Source of the DNA: an uncultured Bacilli bacterium
GTDB taxonomy: Bacteria; Bacillota_I; Bacilli_A; RF39; UBA660
Length of the DNA stretch: 64,000 nt
Reading direction: 5' to 3'
Assembly: GCA_944371995.1 (NCBI GenBank)
Contig: CALVYD010000007.1
Span: 100-64,099, forward strand
Shown here: positions 9,888 through 17,893 of the stretch, piece by piece
How positions within the stretch are numbered: position 1 is the first letter of the stretch
Layout: each line of letters begins with the position of its first letter
Notes under the pieces: generated by a model
Seen by the model: the letters and a program-made list of their open reading frames with translations, nothing else
What the model was told of the DNA's origin: nothing
Database searches by the model: none
Made by a program: the position numbers and the translations under genes

Positions 9888-10703
9888 TCATAAAACTAAT
9901 GCATTAGCCAGTTCAACAAATATTTCTACTGATAATTGTTCTGCTCTAACATTTAAGTCATAACCATATTGACTTAACACCGAACTAATAATAGACAAAT
10001 CATATTTTTTTAAATTATTACGAAGATTTTTTCTCTTAAATTGAAAACTATCTCTTACAATCTGAAAAAACAAATTTTGATCTTTCAAAGGCAACAACTC
10101 ATCTTTTTTTGTAAAAGAAATAACTACACTATCAACATTAGGTTCAGGAACAAATTCCTTCCTAGATACAAAAAACTCTTTTTTAATATGATAAAAATAT
10201 GATAGAAAAACACTAATAGAACCATATTCCCTAGTACCAGGCTGAGCAGAGAAACGATCTCCTACTTCTTTTTGTACCATCATACATACTTTTTTAAAAT
10301 TTAAATTACTTTCTATAATCTTCATCATAATAGGTGTCGTAATATAATAAGGTACATTACTAATAAAATAAAGATTCTGATAAGAAAAAAGAGAAATATC
10401 ATCTGCAATATTACTTTTTAAAAAATCTTGAAACAATATCTTTACATTAGAAAAGTATTCTAATTTTTTAAATAATTCTTCCTGTAAATCTTCATCAATT
10501 TCATATGCTAATACTTGTTTTGATCGTAATGCTAACTCTTTAGTTAAAATAGCTCCTCCAGGACCAACTTCAATAACTAAATCGTCTTTAGTTAAATCAC
10601 ATACATCAGCAATTCTTTCAACAACTACGTGTCGCTTTAAAAAATTTTGACCAAACTTCTTTTTAAAATTTACATTATATTTTTCCACAGACTTCACCAA
10701 CAA
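9888..10703 (-). CDS. rsmA: 16S rRNA (adenine1518/1519-N6)-dimethyltransferase
   Basis: FKKKFGQNFL..., VIEVGPGGAILT, SNVPYYITTPI. TTG/GTG start region. Confidence 0.9.
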   Translation of the reverse strand: MLVKSVEKYNVNFKKKFGQNFLKRHVVVERIADVCDLTKDDLVIEVGPGGAILTKELALRSKQVLAYEIDEDLQEELFKKLEYFSNVKILFQDFLKSNIADDISLFSYQNLYFISNVPYYITTPIMMKIIESNLNFKKVCMMVQKEVGDRFSAQPGTREYGSISVFLSYFYHIKKEFFVSRKEFVPEPNVDSVVISFTKKDELLPLKDQNLFFQIVRDSFQFKRKNLRNNLKKYDLSIISSVLSQYGYDLNVRAEQLSVEIFVELANALVL

Positions 10704-10945
10704 GATTATATCAAAACAACAACGTTAAGTAAACCGAATTTACTTTTCTCCTTACCTTAGAAATTTATTACTTTGCTAACAAAATAATTAAAATATAACT
10801 GCTAGAGTCATCCTTCTATTTTATTTATTTCCTACGTTAATTCTGTCATTTTAAAATCATAGATAATAAACATCATTTTATTATGATAAGCATTAAATAA
10901 AGTTTATTTACTATAAATTTCTTTTACCAAAAAAAACGAAATAAT

Positions 10946-11572
10946 TTAAGCTTTCCGTTTATCTTTATTAGAAATCATCCTACGTACACGTACCACTTCT
11001 GACAATATCAAATATAAAAATGGTATTACAATACATAAAATCCAACCAAAATATGTAGATAAAAAATGTCTTATATATCCTAACATAGGAATTCTAAAAA
11101 TAACTTTACCATAAATATCTTTTTCATTTACTAAAGAAGAATCAGCAACATTATTATGATCTCCTTTAGTACGAAACAATAAACTTCCATCTGAAGACTT
11201 TTCAATACCAATAACACGATGAGTAATAACTTTACCCTTATAATAAGATTCTGTTGCAAGAAAACTAATAATATCACCTTGTTTTATATTTTCAGGTTCA
11301 ATCCTTTGTATAATAATTGCATCCTCTACATTAATTGTTGGAACCATACTAGGACTAACTATAATATAAGCATCAAATAAAGGAGTTTTATTTTCTCCAG
11401 AAGAAATATTATATAATAAATCTACAAAATAAAAAAAGAAAAGAAGAAATATTAACACTAATAAAATTAGTATAACATATAAGACTACTTTAGTAATGAA
11501 ATGAAAAAAGAACTGAACAATTTCTAAAAGAGATACAACATCATCATGATTTGTATCAAAGTACTCTTTCAT
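10946..11572 (-). CDS. sipW: SipW-type (ER/archaeal-type, Ser/His) signal peptidase I
   Basis: N- and C-terminal TM segments. VSPSMVPTINVEDAIIIQR (Ser box), VITHRVIGI (His box), FRTKGDHNNVADS. Confidence 0.8.
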   Translation of the reverse strand: MKEYFDTNHDDVVSLLEIVQFFFHFITKVVLYVILILLVLIFLLFFFYFVDLLYNISSGENKTPLFDAYIIVSPSMVPTINVEDAIIIQRIEPENIKQGDIISFLATESYYKGKVITHRVIGIEKSSDGSLLFRTKGDHNNVADSSLVNEKDIYGKVIFRIPMLGYIRHFLSTYFGWILCIVIPFLYLILSEVVRVRRMISNKDKRKA

Positions 11573-11661
11573 ACCAAAGCCTCCTTATCTTTAATATCAT
11601 AATAACACGCATAGAAAAAAAAAACTATAATTTACCATAAAAAAAAGAGAAATTGACATCT

Positions 11662-12285
11662 CTAAATAGCTTTTGCTGTAACATTTAATTTAACTTGAAA
11701 CTCTCTACTAACAGAATCAATAATAGTATCCTGATCTACCCAAATACGTAATCTAAATTCCTGACTCAATTCCATATCCTCGTCCGTAGTATTAGAAAAA
11801 GTACCTGAATAAATTACCATATCACCTGTTTTAGTTCCAAGAAAACTATCCTCTATTAAAGGCGTAAAAGACTGAGGGATAGTAGTAATTGGTGTATCTA
11901 CAAAATCATTACCATCTTTTTTTTGTAAATATATTTTTACATCTTGATTATCTAAAACAGGTGCATTACTATTTATTTTTTCTAAAGAAATTTCATAATT
12001 TATAGTAGTTTTTCTCGATAAAATGGTATGAACAGAGAAATCATAAACATTTCCATCACCAGTTAAATTTTTACCTGTATCATCAGAAATTGGCATAGCA
12101 TTAACAATTGAAATAGAGTTTGAATTATTAGAAAGCTGCAAAGAAATTGTACCCGTAGAAATTCCATTTTCCTTACTACTTAAAACAGTGTGAAAAGCTG
12201 CATAAGATATTCCTACAAATGCAATAATTAATATAGCAATACCCAGTATAGATAAAATAATTTGCTTTGATTCTGTCTTTAACAT
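11662..12285 (-). CDS. TasA/camelysin-like secreted protein, paralog 3 (SipW-type signal peptide)
   Basis: Start at ATG 12285 with GGAGGAG upstream. Signal-anchor then ...GISYAAFHTVLSSKENGISTGTISLQL (compare TasA ...GTWAAFND...ASGTLDL). Shares motifs with the two upstream paralogs: NAMPISD, YDFSV, YEISL, VKIYL, FRLRIWV, FQVKLNVTAKA. Confidence 0.6.
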   Translation of the reverse strand: MLKTESKQIILSILGIAILIIAFVGISYAAFHTVLSSKENGISTGTISLQLSNNSNSISIVNAMPISDDTGKNLTGDGNVYDFSVHTILSRKTTINYEISLEKINSNAPVLDNQDVKIYLQKKDGNDFVDTPITTIPQSFTPLIEDSFLGTKTGDMVIYSGTFSNTTDEDMELSQEFRLRIWVDQDTIIDSVSREFQVKLNVTAKAI

Positions 12286-12364
12286 AAAAAACTCCTCCAT
12301 CTATCTTACTAATATCATACCATAGAAACCTTTTTTTTCAAAATAAAAAGACTTAAATAGTCTT

Positions 12365-12961
12365 TTAATTAGCTTTACCATAAACATTAACTCTAACTTT
12401 ATAAGTAGCATTAGGATCAGTAATAACAGCTCCTTCTTTAACCCAGATTCTTAATCGATAATTATCAACTTGATTCGCAGATAGTGAAAATTTACTTAAA
12501 ACCATAGATTTAGCAGGACTACCAAGTTCTGTTTTTTTCTTAATAGGCGTAAATTCTTTAGGTTCATCAACTTTGGAATAGGTACCACTAGTTTGCTTTT
12601 CTAAATAAACCATAATATCACTATCAGATATCGTTGAAGAATCATCTTTCACCAAAGCAATCTCATAATCAACCGTAGTGTCACTATCAATATCAGAAGA
12701 TACAGAAAAATCAAAATAACTACCTTCAGCTCTGTTCTCCATCGCAACATCATTAGCAACTGGAGTTATAGAGTTCAACTGTAACCCGTTAACTTCTGTT
12801 TTATAATTCATAGAAACTGTACCTGTTTTAACAACCTCTTTTACATTTTTTTCTTGTTCCTTAAAAAACATAGTAAAAGCAACAGCAATAACCGCAATTA
12901 AAACAATGCTTAATAATACTAAGAAAATAACAATATTTTTTGTTTTACTTTTTGATTCCAT
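12365..12961 (-). CDS. TasA/camelysin-like secreted protein, paralog 2
   Basis: GGAGGAG RBS. TM then ...VAFTMF...KTGTVSMNYK, YFDFSVSS, DYEIALV, IMVYLEK, YRLRIWV, YKVRVNVYGKA. Only 8 nt from paralog 1. Confidence 0.6.
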   Translation of the reverse strand: MESKSKTKNIVIFLVLLSIVLIAVIAVAFTMFFKEQEKNVKEVVKTGTVSMNYKTEVNGLQLNSITPVANDVAMENRAEGSYFDFSVSSDIDSDTTVDYEIALVKDDSSTISDSDIMVYLEKQTSGTYSKVDEPKEFTPIKKKTELGSPAKSMVLSKFSLSANQVDNYRLRIWVKEGAVITDPNATYKVRVNVYGKAN

Positions 12962-12969
12962 AACTCCTC

Positions 12970-13563
12970 CTAATTAATTACCTTAACATATAGTAAAATA
13001 CCAAAACTACGTACTTCTTCAGTAATAGGGTAAGTATCTGCAAGCCACATACGTAATCTAAAGTTTTGAATCTCTCCCTTTTTAAGTACTCCAGAATATA
13101 TCTTTTTACCTGCAGGATTACTAACAGCAACTTTTAAATCACGATAGGTAGGAACAACTTGATCAAATCCTTCTACCGGTTGATCTGTATCTGCATTAGT
13201 TAAATATAATTTTACATAATTCGTAGCAATTTCTGTTGAAACACCAATATTTTTAGCATAAATTTCATAACGAACTTCATCCATACCTTCCATATTAGAA
13301 GAAATACTAAACTCACTATATCCGTGTTTTGTTTGATTTGGTGTAAATGATAATTGCTTTCCAATCGCATCCGTAACTGGCATAGAACTATCCATCATCA
13401 ATAAAGAAGAATCATCAGAACTAGAAAAGATAATAGTAGCATTCTTAGCTGCTGCATCATTACTATGGAAGTATAAAAATAAACACCCTATAAAAACACA
13501 AATAGATAATAGTATTAAAGATATAGAAATAAAAAGTGTTGAACTACCATGTTTTTTTATCAT
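12970..13563 (-). CDS. TasA/camelysin-like secreted protein, paralog 1
   Basis: TM anchor, then ...SSMPVTDAIGK, YSEFSISS, RYEIYAK, VKLYLTN, IYSGVL, FRLRMWL, FGILLYVKV. Same motif order as paralogs 2 and 3. Confidence 0.55.
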   Translation of the reverse strand: MIKKHGSSTLFISISLILLSICVFIGCLFLYFHSNDAAAKNATIIFSSSDDSSLLMMDSSMPVTDAIGKQLSFTPNQTKHGYSEFSISSNMEGMDEVRYEIYAKNIGVSTEIATNYVKLYLTNADTDQPVEGFDQVVPTYRDLKVAVSNPAGKKIYSGVLKKGEIQNFRLRMWLADTYPITEEVRSFGILLYVKVIN

Positions 13564-13619
13564 TAAATACAACCCCTATCTTATATATAAGAATACACTA
13601 TTTTATTACTTTTTGCAAA

Positions 13620-14375
13620 CTAATCTATATGAAAAATCTTTTTTGCATTACGAGTTGTAATTGAAGACACTTCATCGACACTAATATTTTTACAATTAGC
13701 TATAGCTGCTGCGATATATGGAATATATTTAGAACTATTTTTCTTACCACGAAAAGGCTCAGGAGTTAAATAAGGACTATCTGTCTCTAATACTATCTTA
13801 TCTAAAGGAAGTTGTGCTACTACTTCTCTTAATTTACTATTTTTAAAAGTAATAACACCACCGATTCCTAAAGTAAATCCCTGTTGAATATATTCTTTAG
13901 CAGTCTCCAAACTTCCGCTAAAACAATGAATAACTCCAGAAACAGAATATTTTTTTAACAATTGAATAGTATCAAAAGTAGCATCTCTACTATGTATAAC
14001 AACAGGAAGATCTAACTTTTCAGCTAACTGTAATTGCGCTTCAAATAATTGAAGTTGTAAATTTTTATTTTCTTTTCCATAATAATAATCAAGACCAATC
14101 TCTCCAAAGCCAACTATCTTAGAGGTAGAGACAAGTTGTTGTTCTAACAACGATAAATCCTCTTCTGTAATACTATCTGCTTCTGATGGATGATAACCTA
14201 TCGTTAAAAATACATCAGAATAGCACTCTGCATATTTCAAAGACTCTAAAATATCTTTCTTCGTACAACCAGAAATAATAATAGGACTAACACCTACTGC
14301 TCTATTTTCAGTAAGCACTTGATCTATATTTTCATAATCATCTACCGACAAATGACAATGTGTATCAATAAACAT
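13620..14375 (-). CDS. tatD: TatD-family metal-dependent DNase/hydrolase
   Basis: MFIDTHCHL..., GEIGLDYYY, VVIHSRDA, GVIHCFSG, ETDSPYLTP. Start trimmed to ATG 14375 (GGAGG upstream). Confidence 0.9.
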   Translation of the reverse strand: MFIDTHCHLSVDDYENIDQVLTENRAVGVSPIIISGCTKKDILESLKYAECYSDVFLTIGYHPSEADSITEEDLSLLEQQLVSTSKIVGFGEIGLDYYYGKENKNLQLQLFEAQLQLAEKLDLPVVIHSRDATFDTIQLLKKYSVSGVIHCFSGSLETAKEYIQQGFTLGIGGVITFKNSKLREVVAQLPLDKIVLETDSPYLTPEPFRGKKNSSKYIPYIAAAIANCKNISVDEVSSITTRNAKKIFHID

Positions 14376-14404
14376 AATAATACCTCCAAAATAAAAATAC
14401 CATA

Positions 14405-14578
14405 TTAATGATATTTTTTCCACTGACAAAACTTCATTCTAAAATAAATAATCGTAATAACTACTAAATAAATAGCATCCATCAAATTTTGAGTCACACC
14501 CAAATATAAAATAATAAAAAGACTGCCAAAAACATATAAAACATCTAAATAAAAAGACTGCGCTATATTTCTTGCCAT
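14405..14578 (-). CDS. possible 57-aa small membrane protein
   Basis: Below the track cutoff. ATG 14578 preceded by AAAGGA. MARNIAQSFYLDVLYVFGSLFIILYLGVTQNLMDAIYLVVITIIYFRMKFCQWKKYH, two hydrophobic spans. Confidence 0.3.
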   Translation of the reverse strand: MARNIAQSFYLDVLYVFGSLFIILYLGVTQNLMDAIYLVVITIIYFRMKFCQWKKYH

Positions 14579-14623
14579 AATTTTTTCCTTTCATACAGCC
14601 ACTACTCTTTCACTATAGCATAA

Positions 14624-14658
14624 CTAAAAAAAGAAAGATATACTTTACACCTTTCTTT
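14624..14658 (-). terminator. rho-independent terminator after metG
   Basis: Minus strand AAGAAAG-(13 nt)-CTTTCTT followed by a T-run. Confidence 0.5.
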
Positions 14659-14677
14659 TTGACATTGACATAAAACT

Positions 14678-16213
14678 TTACATTTCTTTAAAAAAATCAT
14701 CTCTATTAATCCTTTGAAATAAAGGAGTTGGAGAAAGTAATTGATACTGATTAGATGAATTATAATGAATGCTATTATCATGAATATTAAGTTGTCTCAT
14801 AATCTCTTTACTAGTACTAGGCATAAATGGTTCCAAATAAAGACCACATATACGAATAGATTCTAATAAATGATAAATAACACTCTGTAAACGATCTCTT
14901 TGAGATTCATCTTTTGCTAAAATCCAAGGAGTAGTCTCATCAATATATTTATTAGTAAAACGTAAAACATTAAATATTTCTGTAATAGCATCACTAATTT
15001 GTAAATCATTCATATGTGCATCAACTAAAGACTCTAATGCCTCAAGCTTATTTTCTAACTCTTTATCAATATCCTCTCTGCTATCATTACCAGTAACTAT
15101 ACCATCAAAATATTTGTTTCCCATGGAAATAGAGCGTTGTACTAAGTTTCCTAACACATTAGCAAGTTCTCCATTAATATGGTCAATTAATAAATCATAA
15201 GTAATATTACCATCACTAGCAAATGGAATTTCATGAAGTAAATAATAACGAACAGCATCTACTCCAAAAGCTTCTACCAATTCATCAGCATAAATAACAT
15301 TTCCTTTAGATTTACTCATCTTATCATTATTCATAAGTAACCAAGGATGTCCAAATATTTTCTTTGGTAAAGGAAGTCCTAAAGACCATAAAAAGCAAGG
15401 CCAGTAAATCGAATGAAAACGAACAATGTCTTTACCAATTACTTGCAAATCAGCAGGCCATAACTTTTTAAACTCCCCTGTTACTTCATCTACATCATAT
15501 CCAATATTAGTAATATAATTAGTCAAAGCATCAAGCCATACATAAATCACATGATTAGAATCAAAATCCACTGGAATTCCCCATTTAAATGAAGTACGAG
15601 AAACACATAAATCTTGAAGACCAGGTTTAATAAAATTATTTAACATTTCATTACGTCTTGCCGCTGGTTGTATAAAATCAGGATTAGATTCAATAAAATC
15701 CTCTAATTTCTTTTGATATTTACTTAATTTAAAGAAATAAGCTTCCTCTTTTGCTTCTTTTACTTCGCGCCCGCAATCAGGACACTTACCATCAACGAGC
15801 TGAGACTCCGTCCAAAAAGATTCACAAGGAGTACAATAAAGACCTGTATATTCACCTTTATAAATATCCCCTTGGTCATACATCTTCTTAAAAATATGTT
15901 GAACAATTCTTTTATGATGAGGATCAGTAGTTCTAACAAACTTATCATAACTAGTATCCATCAAATCCCAAATACGTTTAACTTCACCAGCCTGTTTATC
16001 CACAAAATCCTGTGGACTAACTCCTGCAGCAATCGCTTTATCCTCTATTTTTTGACCATGTTCATCAGTACCAGTTTGAAAATAAACATCATATCCTTTA
16101 AATCTTTTATATCTAGCAATCGCATCAGCTAAAACAATTTCATAAGTATTACCTATATGTGGCTTTCCAGAAGTATACGCAATTGCCGTTGTAATATAAA
16201 ATTTTTCTTTCAT
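14678..16213 (-). CDS. metG: methionine--tRNA ligase (short form)
   Basis: MKEKFYITTAIAYTSGKPHIGN (HIGH), CxxC...CPDC zinc knuckle, KMSKS. Start trimmed to ATG 16213 (AGGAGGG upstream). Confidence 0.93.
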   Translation of the reverse strand: MKEKFYITTAIAYTSGKPHIGNTYEIVLADAIARYKRFKGYDVYFQTGTDEHGQKIEDKAIAAGVSPQDFVDKQAGEVKRIWDLMDTSYDKFVRTTDPHHKRIVQHIFKKMYDQGDIYKGEYTGLYCTPCESFWTESQLVDGKCPDCGREVKEAKEEAYFFKLSKYQKKLEDFIESNPDFIQPAARRNEMLNNFIKPGLQDLCVSRTSFKWGIPVDFDSNHVIYVWLDALTNYITNIGYDVDEVTGEFKKLWPADLQVIGKDIVRFHSIYWPCFLWSLGLPLPKKIFGHPWLLMNNDKMSKSKGNVIYADELVEAFGVDAVRYYLLHEIPFASDGNITYDLLIDHINGELANVLGNLVQRSISMGNKYFDGIVTGNDSREDIDKELENKLEALESLVDAHMNDLQISDAITEIFNVLRFTNKYIDETTPWILAKDESQRDRLQSVIYHLLESIRICGLYLEPFMPSTSKEIMRQLNIHDNSIHYNSSNQYQLLSPTPLFQRINRDDFFKEM

Positions 16214-16224
16214 TCTATCCCTCC

Positions 16225-16455
16225 TAAATAAAAAAACTATTATAAACATAAGGACGAAAATTCGCGGTACCACCTTATTTTATAATAGTAAATATTATAC
16301 ACTCAAATAGTTAACGCCTATCTACGATTACACCTACATATCGATGCAACAGTTCAGAAGCCATATCTTATAAAAAGCTTATTTCCTTTTTCACCATCCG
16401 GAATCTCTAAACTAAACTATATTTTTATAAGACTCTTCCTCATCACATTCAACAG
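16225..16455 (-). promoter_or_regulatory. T-box leader (tRNA-sensing riboswitch) upstream of metG
   Basis: Minus strand shows a GA/K-turn (GTGATGAGGAAGAGT), an AGAGA box, CCGGATGGTGAAA, an ATG triplet in the candidate specifier region (AAGATATGGC), the F-box-like GGCGTTAAC, and the T-box AAGGTGGTACCGCGAA about 40 nt before the RBS. Confidence 0.7.
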
Positions 16456-16460
16456 GGTAA

Positions 16461-16489
16461 AGTATAACATAAAAAAAACTATTCTTCAA
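16461..16489 (-). promoter_or_regulatory. sigma-A-type promoter for the metG leader
   Basis: Minus strand TTGAAG-17 nt-TATACT. Overlaps the spoVT stop. Confidence 0.5.
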
Positions 16490-17009
16490 TATGTTTACCT
16501 AAAAATTTAGATACAACATCAGCCATTTTTTCTTCAACCTGCCCGATATCTGAATTATCAGAAACTATCAAAACTAATCCTATTGCATCTCCATTCATAA
16601 TAACCGGACATATAACATAAGCATAATTCTCAGATACTGAATCACATAATTCTATAGAATGTAAACTATGCTCAACAATAGTTTTTCTCTCTTTCATAAT
16701 AAGTTCTAAAGATTTAGAAATAGGTTTACCTAAATATTTTTTCCTTAAATCACCACTGCCAGCAATAAAATTATCACGATCAGTAATAAAAACATTTTGA
16801 TGTATAACAGTATTAACAATATCTACTAACTGCTTAGAAATTTCATCCATATCTGTCATTTTAGAGAACTTCTTTAAAGCAATCATCTCTCTATCAACAA
16901 AAATTTCTAACGACTCTCCATCTCTAATTCTAAGAGTACGGCGAATTTCTTTCGGAATAACAATTCTTCCTAAGTCATCTACTCTTCTAACTACACCTGT
17001 TGATTTCAT
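16479..17009 (-). CDS. spoVT: stage V sporulation protein T (AbrB-type SpoVT/AbrB N-domain plus GAF-like C-domain)
   Basis: MKSTGVVRRVDDLGRIVIPKEIRRTLRIRDGESLEIFVD... and 176 aa length. Lies after mfd as in Bacillus. Confidence 0.88.
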   Translation of the reverse strand: MKSTGVVRRVDDLGRIVIPKEIRRTLRIRDGESLEIFVDREMIALKKFSKMTDMDEISKQLVDIVNTVIHQNVFITDRDNFIAGSGDLRKKYLGKPISKSLELIMKERKTIVEHSLHSIELCDSVSENYAYVICPVIMNGDAIGLVLIVSDNSDIGQVEEKMADVVSKFLGKHIEE

Positions 17010-17167
17010 ACAATTATTCCTCACTTTCCCATACTACTATTGTTTCTAAATTTTTTCAATTTATACCACTTTTCATACTTTATTATAATAAATATTCCCA
17101 AAAATTCCCTTGGTAAATATTTCCATATATTTTCTATCAAAAAAAAAGCGATTAATATCGCTTCAAT

Positions 17168-17839
17168 TTATTCCGAAATTTTATTCTCATTTAATAAATA
17201 AGAATTCATTTTAGTAAATAAAAAACGTTCTCCTTGTTCTCTAACACCATTGATTAATGTAGTATCTTTAACAATTATTTTAAAATCAACACTTTCTAAA
17301 AGCTGTTTAATGTAGTTAGATTGAACATATTTAATCATTTCAGAAGACATATCATCTTTAATTTTTTCATCCACATCAGAAGTAAACAACTGATTTACAA
17401 ATTTTACAATTTTTTTATCGATTACACTAGTTAAATCCTCTTTCATCTTCTTCTTTAACTTACGGTTTAGAGGAGTAAAATCCTTTTTATTAAACTTTAT
17501 AACATCAGATTCTTTTTTAGGAGTAAAAGAAGAAATAATCTTACTTAATTCATCTATCCTAATTTTTTTCCAAGAAGGAAGAAAAGAAATAATGTTAACT
17601 CTATATTCTTCTAAAATCTCATCTAAAACATCAGAACGAATAATAATTTTATGACGTTTTGCCAAATCTAAAAACTTACACTTAATAAGATCCATAGAAT
17701 CAAGTGGTGGCTTTTTCAATAAAGAATAAATATCATCTTCAAATAAAACAGTAGTATTATTTTTCAAAGTCTCCATTACAGCATTCTTATAATTTTCAAA
17801 ATGCTTTTTTCTAAACTCTTCCACTGTTTCTTCTTTCAT
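17168..17839 (-). CDS. hypothetical protein (about 223 aa, Lys/Glu-rich, probably helical)
   Basis: Long ORF between mfd and spoVT. No family recognised. Start probably MKEETVEEF. Confidence 0.5.
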   Translation of the reverse strand: MKEETVEEFRKKHFENYKNAVMETLKNNTTVLFEDDIYSLLKKPPLDSMDLIKCKFLDLAKRHKIIIRSDVLDEILEEYRVNIISFLPSWKKIRIDELSKIISSFTPKKESDVIKFNKKDFTPLNRKLKKKMKEDLTSVIDKKIVKFVNQLFTSDVDEKIKDDMSSEMIKYVQSNYIKQLLESVDFKIIVKDTTLINGVREQGERFLFTKMNSYLLNENKISE

Positions 17840-17893
17840 ACTACCACATCCTAGCATTGTAAGTGTAACAAAACATTCTTCTATAAGTCAAGA

